Shown here one piece after another: positions 15,631 through 26,008 of a DNA stretch of 64,000 nucleotides. The translations under genes were made by a program, and so were the position numbers. A model generated the notes under the pieces. It worked only from the letters and a program-made list of their open reading frames with translations, was not told the origin of the DNA and made no database searches. Positions within the stretch are counted from its first letter, which is position 1, and each line of letters begins with the position of its first letter. The stretch comes from an uncultured Bryobacteraceae bacterium (GTDB lineage Bacteria > Acidobacteriota > Terriglobia > Bryobacterales > Bryobacteraceae). The DNA lies in the NCBI GenBank assembly GCA_964245395.1, contig CAXTMN010000001.1, forward strand, positions 56,552 to 120,551, in the 5' to 3' direction.

Positions 15631-17649
15631 CTAGGGAACCCAGGTTCCGGAGGTAGGAATACCGGGTGCAGTTGTCGGGCGCGGGTTGAAGTTGGCTGGT
15701 ATCGGATTCGGAAGGTTTGCATCCGTGGGAGTGATACCGAGTACCGCGCAACCGTTATTGCCGTAATGAGGTAGGGTTTGGACGACTGCGGGATCGATGA
15801 TGGCGTAGGCGCCGGGGAGAATCGGAGAGACGCCTGTTAGTCGATTGTTGTCGAACGCGGAGAACAGATCACCAACCCCTGCCACTAAGTCGTCGGCAGG
15901 CCCGAGGTTGGACTGGTTGAAGAGAGCGACGCCGTCTTGCCGGGCTTTCAGCTCATCGGGCAAATCAGCGAGCGGGATCAGGTTGTGCAGCTCGTCTATG
16001 AACTTGATGATGGAGCTGTGCTCCGTCGCTTCGTGGGAGATGGCGTGGACGACGCTGTACGGCGAAATGATTAAGGCAGGTATGCGTGGACCTTGCGCAA
16101 GAGGCTGACCCTGTGGATCGAGCTCGCGGTTAACGGGTTGAGTATGGTCGTAGAGGCCGTCGGTTTCGTCGTACGTAATGATGATGGCGCTTTGTGACCA
16201 GTACGGGCTGCTGGCGATGGCATTGATTGAATCAGCAAGCATGGCTTCGGCGATTTGGCTATCCGAGTAGCCTGGGTGATCATCGTTGCCGGCGAAAGTG
16301 ACTTTCTCGTTGGCATTTACGCCCACGGGAACGAGGCTGTCGATGTTGTTGTATCCACCGCGGACATAGAACACACCGCCGCTCGCAGGCAGCGTTTGAT
16401 TTTGGATCGCAGTGTAGAAGTCACCCAATCCGTGGAGATTTCCTGTCTCGACAGGATTATTAGCCAAATAGCCGAAATATTGAGGGGCGTTATGATGCGC
16501 GATGTAGTCTCCTCCGGCAGCGCCGTCTGGAGTGTTTGGGCCGACTGGGGGAGTCTGATTCGGCTCTTCGTCATAACCCTGCTGGTACCAACCCCAATTG
16601 ATCGAGGACTGACGATGGGCGGCGATCTTTTCAATGTCGCCTTGCACATCGATCAGATCAAAGGCAGGGTTCAGATCCTGAGCGGTGATGGCGTTGATCT
16701 GATTTCCCATGAAAGAAAGAGGGAGCGAGGCGAAGGTCAGGTTTGCAGAGGGGTTGGAGGTATGACCTGGTTCAGGCTGCTGGATGGGATTGTTCAATGT
16801 CAGCGATGAGCCCCAATAGGGGTCAGGATCACCGACAAGGGGCAGCGACATATTGCCGGCCAACACGTTGCTACCCTGGCTGGGATGCTCGACCCACTGG
16901 GTTTCACCAGACTGTCCGGCGATCATTGCGATGGCGTTTGGAGTGGATGGGCCGATGATGGTGTCGAAGAAATTATCGAGTAAGGTGAACCGGTCAGCGT
17001 AATTCCAGAGAAAGCCGGCGACGTCGCAGTCGATGTGACCCATAACCGCCTCGCCCGCCTGAGCGTTTGCGAGCGAAGGCGTGGTTGAGGGAACACCGTT
17101 GACGAGAGTGATGCCTTCGTTGTCGAGGGCATAACCATCATTTTGAGCCATACCGTTTACATAATGAAGTGATTTGTTCAGACCTGTGTGAGAGTGGTCC
17201 ACAGAGACGATATCAGCCGGATACAGCAGCACCTGGTTCCCATTCACATCGGTAACTGCGTTGGGAATCTTAAAGGGGTGAATGGTTGTTACCTGGCCCG
17301 AGGGCGTAACGAAAGGCTGGTTGAATCCGGCGGGATTAGCGGGCGAGCCATCCGCCTGCTGATAGATTCCGTTCGCGCCCGGGTAGGAACCGAAGTAGAA
17401 ATCAAATGAACGATTCTCCTGGAACAGAACAAACACATACTTAATTTTCTGTTGCAGCAGAGCCAGTTTCTGAGCGTGAGTTAGTGGCGCTTCAGCTCCG
17501 GGTTGAATGACATAAGAAGGCACCGGCGCGTTAAAAGGCGCGATAGTAATCGGAGCAGGCGTTTGACAACTCGCTACGACCGGTTGCAGTGTGATACCGG
17601 TAACAGCCAAACAGACGCCGTACAAGTTTTTGCAGTTGCGGCTTTTCAA
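15631..17649 (-). CDS. phosphoesterase-family protein (phospholipase C / acid phosphatase AcpA type)
   Basis: Signal peptide. YVFVLFQENRSFDFYFGSYPGANG is the family hallmark. 672 aa. Confidence 0.8.
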   Translation of the reverse strand: MKSRNCKNLYGVCLAVTGITLQPVVASCQTPAPITIAPFNAPVPSYVIQPGAEAPLTHAQKLALLQQKIKYVFVLFQENRSFDFYFGSYPGANGIYQQADGSPANPAGFNQPFVTPSGQVTTIHPFKIPNAVTDVNGNQVLLYPADIVSVDHSHTGLNKSLHYVNGMAQNDGYALDNEGITLVNGVPSTTPSLANAQAGEAVMGHIDCDVAGFLWNYADRFTLLDNFFDTIIGPSTPNAIAMIAGQSGETQWVEHPSQGSNVLAGNMSLPLVGDPDPYWGSSLTLNNPIQQPEPGHTSNPSANLTFASLPLSFMGNQINAITAQDLNPAFDLIDVQGDIEKIAAHRQSSINWGWYQQGYDEEPNQTPPVGPNTPDGAAGGDYIAHHNAPQYFGYLANNPVETGNLHGLGDFYTAIQNQTLPASGGVFYVRGGYNNIDSLVPVGVNANEKVTFAGNDDHPGYSDSQIAEAMLADSINAIASSPYWSQSAIIITYDETDGLYDHTQPVNRELDPQGQPLAQGPRIPALIISPYSVVHAISHEATEHSSIIKFIDELHNLIPLADLPDELKARQDGVALFNQSNLGPADDLVAGVGDLFSAFDNNRLTGVSPILPGAYAIIDPAVVQTLPHYGNNGCAVLGITPTDANLPNPIPANFNPRPTTAPGIPTSGTWVP

Positions 17650-17761
17650 GACTTACCTCCATTGGGCATGATCCCGGTTACGGGTTACAAGTTGACAACA
17701 AACTTGTTACAAGGTGGGAATCTGGGTTACACGTTGCGTGGGACGAAGAAGTACGAGGGTG

Positions 17762-18703
17762 TTACGGAACTTGAAGGTCCGACACATAAGCCGCGAAACG
17801 GTCTGCTATCGGCTGACGCCCTTGCCTGGGTCGAACCATGTAGGTGCGCGACTTAAGCGGGAGCCAAGGCAGAGTGTGAAACCTGAGGGAACGTGGAGCA
17901 CAGTTGCGAGAACTGGACGCCACGAGACCCACGCCAAGTCCACTTTCGACCAAGCCCAGAAGCGTGTTGGGTTCGGTAACCTGCTGTACCACTCGAGGCA
18001 TGAAGCCGGCCTTTGCACAGGCGGTCACAAATCGGGCGTGCCTCTCCGGAGCGATTGCCTGCGATAAGAGAATCCATGGGGCGCCATCGAGGTCGGTAGG
18101 GGCGATGGTGCGCTTGCGAGCTAAAGGATGCGTTGCGGAAACGACCAGGAGGAACGGCTCCTCGGAAACGCATGTTGTCTCAATGGCATTCACGGTGGAG
18201 GGCATGGAGACGAAACCAAGATCAACTTGCCCAGACTCGACAGCCTCCATCTGGGAAGCCGACCTCATGTTACGAAGCTCTAAGGTGGCGTCAGGGAACT
18301 CCGCGCGGAACCGGCGTAACAACTTGGGCAGAATACCGCTCCAGATGGCGCTACTCACGAACGCAACGGAGAGCGTTCCGGTCTTACCGAGCGCCCGCTG
18401 CCCTGCTTCGTCACGAATCTTATGGGCATGAGCAAGGAGATTCCGGGCTTCGCTGAGCAGCCACCTCCCTGATTCGGTCAAACGGATGCGCTGCCGTTCG
18501 CGCGCGAATAGCTTCAACCCGAGTTCCGTTTCGAGTTGGCGAATCTGGCGGCTCAGTGGTGACTGGGAGATATGGAGTCGCTCCGCGGCTTTGCCGATGT
18601 GTTCCAATTCCGCGGCCGTAACGAAGTAATGGAGCAGGCGCAAATCCAACGTTAAGACCTCGGTTGTCTTAACTAGAGCATATCCAGTCTTTGACAGCAA
18701 CAA
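17762..18703 (-). CDS. LysR-family transcriptional regulator
   Basis: LDLRLLHYFVTAAELEHIGKAAERLHISQSPLSRQIRQLETELGLKLF is the HTH region. The likely real start is TTG 18649 (MDLRLLHYF). Confidence 0.85.
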   Translation of the reverse strand: MLLSKTGYALVKTTEVLTLDLRLLHYFVTAAELEHIGKAAERLHISQSPLSRQIRQLETELGLKLFARERQRIRLTESGRWLLSEARNLLAHAHKIRDEAGQRALGKTGTLSVAFVSSAIWSGILPKLLRRFRAEFPDATLELRNMRSASQMEAVESGQVDLGFVSMPSTVNAIETTCVSEEPFLLVVSATHPLARKRTIAPTDLDGAPWILLSQAIAPERHARFVTACAKAGFMPRVVQQVTEPNTLLGLVESGLGVGLVASSSRNCAPRSLRFHTLPWLPLKSRTYMVRPRQGRQPIADRFAAYVSDLQVP

Positions 18704-18738
18704 TCGAAAAGCTCCATGATGCGTAAGAGAGTGAGCTA

Positions 18739-19971
18739 ATGCGGAAAAGAACGGCTGGAATTATGAGGATTTTCGGTTGCATCGTGGCAGCACTGTTGCT
18801 GCACTTGGGGTCCGTCGCCTCTGCAGAGCAACTTCCGACTTTTTCGGCGAGCGGGCCCGATGCTGTTACTTATGGCTCAGAGGAACAGTTCCCTGTTGGT
18901 TCTCCCACAACCTTCTTCGAAAAAAAATATATGGTGGGAGCGTTCAGCCATTTCGATCTTCTCTTCCCCGCGCGCACGGTTCCAGCGGCTCGCCAAGTGT
19001 GGAAGTTTCAGCGTTCGGCGACGCCTCCGGAAATCACCTACGTTCACGCCGGTAGCCGCTTCTCTGTGCAGGATTATCTTTCGCGCCTGCCGGTCACAGG
19101 GCTGTTGATCGCCAAGGATGACCAAATTTTGTTTGAAGGCTACCAATACGGACGCAACGATCGAGACCGCCTTACCTCGCAGTCCATGGCCAAGTCGATC
19201 GTCGGGATGTTGATCGGGGTGGAGCTTTCTGAACAGACTCTTGGCGCCGTGACGGACCCCGCTGAAAAGTACGTGCCTGACTTAAAAGGTTCCGCGTACG
19301 GCAAGATTGCGATCAGAGACCTGCTCCACATGTCCTCCGGGATGTCTTGTGAGTCGCAGGAAACAGCACTGGAGACGATCAGCCTTCAGACTCTTGCCCG
19401 TGACTGCAAACAAGTAGCTCCCACAGGTACTCGTTATCAGTACTCGGCCGCAGACACGGGCTTGCTGCGTATGATCCTCGGGCGCGCGGTACAGATGCCG
19501 CTGGCCGGTTATCTGCAGGAAAAGATCTGGGGGAGCATCGGCACAGAAGCGAAGGCAACATGGACGATCGACGCCTCGGATCATGAAGTCCCATACTGTT
19601 GCTTTAATGCGGTGCTGCGCGACTATGCCCGGTTCGCAAGGCTGTTGGCTTTCGACGGTGCTTGGAATGGGAAGCAACTCATTCCGCGGCAATGGGTGCT
19701 GGAAGCGACGGCTGTGAAGGACTCTGACCCTCACCTTGCTCCGGGCAAGTCGACGCGATTTTTCGGTTACGGTTATCAGGTGTGGATCTTTCCGGGAGCA
19801 AGGCGAATGTTTGGTCTGCTGGGAGCGAACGGGCAGCGTATCTTTGGGGATCCGGAGTCGAAGTTGATCATGGTTCAGACAGCGGTGATGGAGAAAGCGA
19901 TCGATCCGCAGAGAGACGCTGAGATGATCGCGCTGTGGATGGCGCTGATCCGTCGTTTCGGGGCGGGATGA
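18739..19971 (+). CDS. beta-lactamase-family serine hydrolase
   Basis: Signal peptide. S-x-x-K motif in LTSQSMAKSIVGML. Transcribed divergently from the LysR gene. Confidence 0.75.
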   Translation: MRKRTAGIMRIFGCIVAALLLHLGSVASAEQLPTFSASGPDAVTYGSEEQFPVGSPTTFFEKKYMVGAFSHFDLLFPARTVPAARQVWKFQRSATPPEITYVHAGSRFSVQDYLSRLPVTGLLIAKDDQILFEGYQYGRNDRDRLTSQSMAKSIVGMLIGVELSEQTLGAVTDPAEKYVPDLKGSAYGKIAIRDLLHMSSGMSCESQETALETISLQTLARDCKQVAPTGTRYQYSAADTGLLRMILGRAVQMPLAGYLQEKIWGSIGTEAKATWTIDASDHEVPYCCFNAVLRDYARFARLLAFDGAWNGKQLIPRQWVLEATAVKDSDPHLAPGKSTRFFGYGYQVWIFPGARRMFGLLGANGQRIFGDPESKLIMVQTAVMEKAIDPQRDAEMIALWMALIRRFGAG

Positions 19972-20828
19972 GGGCAGGTGCTGCCAGCAGGACCGCATAT
20001 GGAGTTGCCCTACGCAGGGCCGCTCATCAGATCCTGGACCGCCCACCGATTCTTGAAGATCCTGTCGCGACAAAGATAGTAGGCTACCGAGCAGCGCCGG
20101 CGCTGTCCGATACAGGCGAGATGGCAAGAGTTACTGGCAGGGGCTCGCGGCAACTGCGCGCTTTTGTGGCGGCTCGCAGCCGGTACGCGGAGGACGAACT
20201 GGCAGCCTCTTTTGCGGATGGGCTACGACAGTACGTTGTACTTGGTGCAGGCCTGGATACATTTGCCTATCGCAATCCATATTCCGGGGAATTGAGGGTT
20301 TGGGAGGTGGATCACCCAGACACGCAGGCCTGGAAGAAGGAGTGCCTTCGTGCGGCAGAAATCGCCACACCCGAGTCAGTTACGTTTTTGGCTGTGGATT
20401 TTGAGAGGCAAAGACTCGCGACGGTTTTGGAAGACGCTGCGGGGTTCGACACGACGATGCCGTCGTTCTTCTCGCTACTGGGAGTGACGCCCTATTTGAC
20501 CAGGGAAGCCCTGATGATGACGCTGGGGACTGTCGCTTTGATGCCAGCGGGAAGCAGCATTGTATTTGACTATGCAGTGCCGGCGTTGTCTCTCAAGTTA
20601 GTAGACCGGATCGCACTGAAACTCTTATCGGCGCGGGTGGCGGCGGCGGGGGAGAGTTTTCGACTGTTTCTTGAACCGAAGACTCTGGCCGCGGGCCTTC
20701 ACAAGCTTGGATTTAGCAGGGTAGAAGATCTGGGACAGCAGGAAATCAACTCGCGATATTTTCAGTGCCGAACTGACGGTCTACGGATACGGAGCGCGAT
20801 CGGCCGGCTAGTAAGCGCCCGGGTATGA
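19968..20828 (+). CDS. class I SAM-dependent methyltransferase (LCM/TIGR00027-like)
   Basis: QYVVLGAGLDTFAYR and EVDHPDTQAWK are typical of the family. The ATG at 19968 overlaps the upstream stop (ATGA). Confidence 0.7.
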   Translation: MRAGAASRTAYGVALRRAAHQILDRPPILEDPVATKIVGYRAAPALSDTGEMARVTGRGSRQLRAFVAARSRYAEDELAASFADGLRQYVVLGAGLDTFAYRNPYSGELRVWEVDHPDTQAWKKECLRAAEIATPESVTFLAVDFERQRLATVLEDAAGFDTTMPSFFSLLGVTPYLTREALMMTLGTVALMPAGSSIVFDYAVPALSLKLVDRIALKLLSARVAAAGESFRLFLEPKTLAAGLHKLGFSRVEDLGQQEINSRYFQCRTDGLRIRSAIGRLVSARV

Positions 20829-20885
20829 CCCGACCCGACCGTAGGAGATGCTGTTGAGGCCTGTGTAGGCTACTCTCGAAGAAAA

Positions 20886-21638
20886 ATGATTGAGACGGGG
20901 CTGAAGGGCAAGGTCGTGATTGTGACCGGGGCGGCGGCGGGGATTGGACGAGCTACCGCGAGACGATTTGCTCAGGAGGGGTGTCAGGTTTTTGGCTGGG
21001 ATGTGGTCGAGGCAGAGGCGGAAGGCAGCGTTTGGTTCAGTAAGGTCGATGTGACGGACGCGGGGTCGGTGGCGGCCGGTTTGCGAGGGGTGATTGAGCG
21101 AGCGGACGCGGTTCACGTTCTGGTCAACAATGCGGGCATTCTGCGTGACGGGCAGATCGTCAAGTTCAAGGGTGGGGAAGTCGCGGCGACGATGACGGAC
21201 GAGCAGTTCGATGCTGTGGTGAACGTCAATTTAAAGGGAGTCTTTGTGGCGACACGTGCTGTTGTTCCGGAGATCATTCGCAGCGGAGGCGGAGCGATAT
21301 TGAACGCCTCGAGCGTGGTGGGATTGTATGGAAATTTTGGCCAAACTAATTACGTCGCCAGCAAAGCCGGGGTGATCGGAATGACCCAGGTTTGGGCGCG
21401 CGAGTTTGGCAAATTCAAGGTAAGGGTTAATGCGGTCGCACCTGGTTTTATCGCGACTGACATGGTGAAGGCAGTACCGGACAAGATCCTGCAGACGATG
21501 GTGGATCATACGCCACTGGGCCGTCTGGGTGAGCCGGAAGACATTGCGAATGCTTACTTGTGGCTGGCTTCGGACGCGGCGTCGTTTGTTACCGGGGCGG
21601 TGATCAACGTAAATGGCGGAGTGGTAGTGGGGACGTAA
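20886..21638 (+). CDS. SDR-family oxidoreductase (FabG-like)
   Basis: TGAAAGIGRA cofactor motif, NNAG, and the YVASKAG catalytic Y-x3-K. Confidence 0.85.
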   Translation: MIETGLKGKVVIVTGAAAGIGRATARRFAQEGCQVFGWDVVEAEAEGSVWFSKVDVTDAGSVAAGLRGVIERADAVHVLVNNAGILRDGQIVKFKGGEVAATMTDEQFDAVVNVNLKGVFVATRAVVPEIIRSGGGAILNASSVVGLYGNFGQTNYVASKAGVIGMTQVWAREFGKFKVRVNAVAPGFIATDMVKAVPDKILQTMVDHTPLGRLGEPEDIANAYLWLASDAASFVTGAVINVNGGVVVGT

Positions 21639-21766
21639 GAGCTATTTAACGGGCGAACTGGCGCGCGCCGCCTACCGCCGGGACCTGAGATAGTGAAGGA
21701 GCTTTTCGGGCCTACCCGCGTATACACGGGCAGGCCCCAGCACAGGCGCAGCCGATTAGTGGCGGA

Positions 21767-22558
21767 TTAAAGAATGCCGTTGCCGTTCTTCCACTCTTCT
21801 TGAGGCGGAATTTTTTCAATGAAACCCCAGTGCTCAACGATCTTCCCGCCTTCATTTCTATATAGATCGATGAAGACACATGGTTCAGTCTTAAGCGTTC
21901 CCTTGGCGGCGATGAAAACGAAGTCTCCCTGTCCCAAGACGAACTTGATCTCGTCGATGGTTCTGGACAGACTCCCACCTCGAGTGGCTGCTTCCAGATC
22001 GCGCATGAATGCCGAGACGCCATCGCTGACGCCGGGTTCGTGTCGGACACAATAATCTCCGGAAAAATACTGTGGGATTTTGCTGTGATCCCCCTCGATG
22101 TGAACGACATCGTAGTACTCGCGGAGAATGGACTTATTCTTTTCGGTGTCCTCGGAGGGATCGGCCTGAGTTGGCCCGTCAATCTGAGTGTGACCACTCT
22201 CGTTGGGCGGCGCTGCCTTCGCCGAAAAAACCCAATGTTCGACGATCAGACCGTCCTCAAATCTGAAGACATCGAAGAAGGTGCTCTGACCGAGAATCAA
22301 TCCATCCTCTTGAGTGAAGACGTAGGGTCCGTCCTGGAAGGCGCGAATCACTTTGAGGTGATGGTTTTGACTCGGGAAACTGTGAATATAGTCCTTCAAC
22401 TCCGCGATGCCGTCAGCGACATACGGGTTATGTTGGATGTACTTCGTGGGGTTCATGTACTTTGTCGCGAGGTCTGCATCTCGATGTGCGATGCCCTCGA
22501 ACACCGTCAATACCTTTTCAATGTCAGTTGTTGCCATGATTTGCTCTCCGTTGTGCAA
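21767..22558 (-). CDS. tandem SnoaL-like (NTF2-fold) domain protein
   Basis: Two similar halves (...KYIQHNPYVADGIAELKDYI... and ...DYCVRHEPGVSDGVSAFMRDL...) are typical of SnoaL-like cyclase-fold proteins. Confidence 0.6.
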   Translation of the reverse strand: MHNGEQIMATTDIEKVLTVFEGIAHRDADLATKYMNPTKYIQHNPYVADGIAELKDYIHSFPSQNHHLKVIRAFQDGPYVFTQEDGLILGQSTFFDVFRFEDGLIVEHWVFSAKAAPPNESGHTQIDGPTQADPSEDTEKNKSILREYYDVVHIEGDHSKIPQYFSGDYCVRHEPGVSDGVSAFMRDLEAATRGGSLSRTIDEIKFVLGQGDFVFIAAKGTLKTEPCVFIDLYRNEGGKIVEHWGFIEKIPPQEEWKNGNGIL

Positions 22559-22588
22559 TGAGACAGTTTCGAAGCAGGAATTTCGGCT

Positions 22589-22978
22589 TTATGCCTGCGT
22601 CGCAGGTTTCGCACTGAAGATTCCGTTGAAGCTTTCGCGGTACTGAACGAAAACCAAGATCCACAGGAGACAGGCCACTAGACCTGGAGCAATGCCTGGC
22701 TCAAGGGTCAGGTGGAAGGCAAGAATGTTGTAGAGCACCGCAGCCAGCAGTGTCAGCGCGAGGGGCACGAAGAGACCTGCGAGGAGGAGCAGACCACCCA
22801 AGATCTGCACCGCAAAGAAGAACGCGGCAAAGTGCGAAGCGCTGCCGGCTCCAAAGAACTGGAGTGCCAGTGCATTTGCCGGTGGCGGCTGGTGAATGAA
22901 GTGGAAAAAGCCGTTCAGCCCAAAGACTATAAACAAGAGGCCCAGCAGATAGCGCGCAATGGTCGAAGCGATTCTCAT
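22589..22978 (-). CDS. DoxX-family membrane protein
   Basis: 129 aa with four hydrophobic helices. The ARYLLGLLFIVFGLNGF start is typical of DoxX. Confidence 0.7.
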   Translation of the reverse strand: MRIASTIARYLLGLLFIVFGLNGFFHFIHQPPPANALALQFFGAGSASHFAAFFFAVQILGGLLLLAGLFVPLALTLLAAVLYNILAFHLTLEPGIAPGLVACLLWILVFVQYRESFNGIFSAKPATQA

Positions 22979-23274
22979 AGGGCGGCTCCTTCAAAGCGTG
23001 CATGCGTCCGTGCGGCCTGAAAATACGTGGCGAGAAATGTTTTCCGGTCTTGACCTTGGTTCAGCACCTTGGTCCCACATGCGGTGAGAAAGGTTGCGTG
23101 CGCTCCTACCCATGCAGCGGTGATCGGGAAGATTGTTGTTGGGTTGAGATCAGGGGAAACGACCGCCTTTCCCGGGTTGGAAGCTTTCCCTTCGGTGACA
23201 AATGAGGCGGTCAGCTCACGGGAGGCGGACCGCGCGTAGAGTGGACTGGAATCAATATGAAGCAGTTTGGGCAT
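22975..23274 (-). pseudogene. FMN-dependent NADH-azoreductase (AzoR-like) N-terminal stub
   Basis: MPKLLHIDSSPLYARSASRELTASFV...NPGKAVVSPDL matches the AzoR N-terminus. Only 99 codons are present versus about 200, and the C-terminal half lacks AzoR features. It overlaps the doxX start by 4 nt. Confidence 0.45.
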
Positions 23275-23357
23275 AACGTTAGCTCCTATGCGACATGTGA
23301 TGTTTAGAGGGCTTGTGTCGCTTCAAGAGAACGAAAAGAATATTGCGTTAGCATCCA

Positions 23358-23966
23358 TTGGTCCAGCAAAGCTATTCTGAAGGTCACTTGGCCCAAACGC
23401 TCCAAGCCGCGCCAGAACCGATTGATCCCCGCATCCTACGCAGTCGTCGTATGCTTATGGATTCACTAGCTAGCCTATTGAAAGTAAAGGGTTTCGAAGA
23501 TATTTCCGTCCAGGAGATCGCCGAACAGGCGACTCTGAACCGGAACACTTTTTATCTGCACTATTCAGACAAGAACGCATTGCTGCAGGCTATGACAGAG
23601 GCCCGCTTCCGCGATCTTCTAGAGAGGCGTGGAATTTCTTTTACGAACTGCAAGGGCGCGCTTCGAGCCACAGCACTCGGGGTTTGCGACTACCTCACTG
23701 AGCTCACCAATTGCGCAGTCAAAGGCCCTTTAATACCGCTCGAAGGCTCGATCATCCCAGTGATTGCTTCAAAGTTTATGGAGGCCGCTGGTAATCATAT
23801 TTTGGCACCCGGTATCAATGCGCAGCTGCTCGCGACCACTGGAGCGTGGGCCGTTTTTGGAGCCGCACGCAACTGGTATCAGAGTCTCGACCGGGTACCT
23901 GCTGAGGAGATGGCAGATAGAATTGAAGCTTTGGTATTGCCGATGTTTCTCAACAGCTTCAAATAG
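23358..23966 (+). CDS. TetR-family transcriptional regulator
   Basis: GFEDISVQEIAEQATLNRNTFYLHYSDKNALL is the HTH region. Transcribed divergently from the azoR-stub/doxX/snoaL cluster. Confidence 0.8.
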   Translation: MVQQSYSEGHLAQTLQAAPEPIDPRILRSRRMLMDSLASLLKVKGFEDISVQEIAEQATLNRNTFYLHYSDKNALLQAMTEARFRDLLERRGISFTNCKGALRATALGVCDYLTELTNCAVKGPLIPLEGSIIPVIASKFMEAAGNHILAPGINAQLLATTGAWAVFGAARNWYQSLDRVPAEEMADRIEALVLPMFLNSFK

Positions 23967-24162
23967 CTGAAGAGTGTTGAGGCAAATGGTGGGCAGCTTA
24001 TGCACTTGCGGCAATGACGGCTGTAAGCGCAACATAGCGGATCTTCACAGCATTCCGTCATATCGTCGATGCGGCCGGGTTATTTGAAATGGAATGGGCA
24101 TGCGGATCGAATATGGAGCTTACCGTTCCCGATCCTTCAGGGAGAGCGCAGCCTTCAGATGT

Positions 24163-24440
24163 TCATTCGAACAGTTGAAGCGTCTTGATCAGGCGGCAAG
24201 AGCAGCAGACTGATTTCGACGGCTTGGATAATAAAGGAAATAGCAGGGGAATGTTGGACACTAGTCCCCGTACTTGAACCAGGCGCTCATCTGCGATCAA
24301 CTCAGTAAAAGTTTCTTCGATCGCCGTTCCGATAACTACGCCGTTCAACACTGCTCGGATCACCAGGCCGGGATCGTCGAACGTCACGGGTCCTTGGGGA
24401 TTGACGGTGAGTGCCTTACGGACTTTCTCGAACTCCCACC
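24163..24440 (-). pseudogene. C-terminal fragment of a LysR-type regulator (substrate-binding domain)
   Basis: FDDPGLVIRAVLNGVVIGTAIEETFTELIADERLVQV resembles the LysR_substrate C-terminus. No HTH or N-terminal part is present. Confidence 0.5.
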
Positions 24441-24766
24441 GCGTCATCAGAACATCTCGACCGAGATAAGCTGCCTGGCTTCGCGTCTTTGATTGCGGCA
24501 GCGATCCCGGGGACATTCCGCGTGGCGATATCGCGCTCGTTTTTACTCAAGACGACGAGCGCGATCTTCCGGCCTTGCATGTTCTGTTGACACTGGATGT
24601 TCTTGTCCGCTGTCACCATCACGTCGAACCCGGCATCTTCCGCCGTTTTCAACAGTGCTCCGTTCGTCAGCGCATTCCATTTCTGATAGGCGACCGTACG
24701 TACATCATGGCCGGTGATCAGCGAGCGCAGGCGATGCGGCAGGTTCTCGTCGAGCAGGACGAGCAT
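24416..24766 (-). CDS. DUF5615 (PIN-like/Mut7-C) putative toxin
   Basis: MLVLLDENLPHRLRSLITGHDV...GFDVMVTADKNI. It sits directly after the DUF433 gene (TAG followed by ATG, 0-nt gap). Confidence 0.65.
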   Translation of the reverse strand: MLVLLDENLPHRLRSLITGHDVRTVAYQKWNALTNGALLKTAEDAGFDVMVTADKNIQCQQNMQGRKIALVVLSKNERDIATRNVPGIAAAIKDAKPGSLSRSRCSDDAVGVRESP

Positions 24767-24991
24767 CTAGCGCGGTGTCAGTGGATCGGCGCTGCGCGCG
24801 ACAAAATCCAGGACGCTGCGAACCTGCTCCCGCGTCACGGACGGAAATTCCTGCACGACCTCGCTGACATTGAGGTCTTTCAGGTTTTTGAAGATAGCTG
24901 ACACCGGCACCCGCGTCCCGCGAAATACCCATGCACCGCTGACTTTCCCCGGCACGCGTTCGAGCGCCGGACATTGCGACCAGTCAAGCAT
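24767..24991 (-). CDS. DUF433 putative antitoxin
   Basis: PGKVSGAWVFRGTRVPVSAIFKNL is DUF433-like. The start was chosen at ATG 24991, since the longer ORF to 25093 has no supporting features. Confidence 0.65.
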   Translation of the reverse strand: MLDWSQCPALERVPGKVSGAWVFRGTRVPVSAIFKNLKDLNVSEVVQEFPSVTREQVRSVLDFVARSADPLTPR

Positions 24992-25601
24992 GGTTTGGCG
25001 TCTCCTTCCTTTTCCGATACTAGCGGAACTCTCGGGACCGCGCGATAGAGGACACAAGGGTCCTTTATGACACCCATAGTGTCCGGAATTCAATCGGTGA
25101 AGCGCAGGAAAATGATCTTCTCCGACACGGCATCAAGCTCCAACTCAGCCCGGAGCGATTGCCGGAGATCAAAAAGTAAGTCATCGAGCGATGAAGTGCG
25201 TTTCGTTGCTATCTCGAAAGCGAATTGCCTTGCCAACGACACTTGGCGGAGAGAGCCGAGCAACTGAATATCAGCGATAGCAGACGTAAAATCAGGCCGA
25301 CACCGGTTTGTATCATCCCGGTTTGCCCGCTCCTTCAAGCCTCCTATATGCCTCCAAGAGATAACTAACTGGCAGCTTTCGACGTTCACCGGCTAGGTCT
25401 CGACGCATTGAGAGGTGATGACCATACCATCCACCAAGTCCGGCAACCGCGAGGGTAACAGCCAACTGCGCAAAAAGCTTCCAGTCCATGTTGTCCGATC
25501 ATTCCATACCTGCCATGTCCCACAAAGGGTGAGTTTTGCCCTGTACCCTGCGGCCAATGTTTCAAGCCTCTTACAGGCCATAACGCACGACCTAATCAGG
25601 C

Positions 25602-26008
25602 TCACCTAAAACTCGCACGACCTGGGGCTCCGCCCTCCTCCGACTTCAATCCCAAGCGCTTCCGATGGTGCTCTACTCTTTCATTAACGCCGAACACCGT
25701 TGTGACCTTGCTGAGGGCGCCGGCAATGAGGAAGCAGAACGCGGCCGCAAGGGAAATGCCCCATCCAGAAACGGGATATGGCTCAGAGGAATGATGTAGT
25801 TGCAGCAAAATACATATGCTCCAATGCCGAAGTAGAACCGCATTTTTTGCAATTGCTGTTCAGCATATCGCTGTTTCCCCAGTTCTGTGATTTTGTCGAG
25901 ATCGCGTTTCATCTGCTTCTCGCTGATCAGGTCAAGCTTTTTCGATAGCCACACCAGGAGTGCCATGGCAGGGGTACCGAAATTCACAATGTCCGAGCGC
26001 GACGGCAA
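25602..26008 (-). pseudogene. two-TM membrane protein of unknown function, frameshifted
   Basis: The ORF 25673..26008 (…RFYFGIGAYVFCCNYIIPLS) continues in another frame as 25602..25808 (…GWGISLAAAFCFLIAGALSKV). It is in the same frame as the upstream ORF 26033..26245, separated only by a TAA. Confidence 0.3.

Noticed and set aside
19282-20127. 281-aa minus-strand ORF
   Set aside because: It is antisense to the beta-lactamase-family gene 18739..19971. The composition is Arg/Ser/Pro-rich and no motifs are present.
21690-21730. Hairpin gggcctacccg...cgggcaggccc between convergent genes, as a possible bidirectional terminator
   Set aside because: The stem has a mismatch and there is no U-tract on either strand, which is too weak to call.
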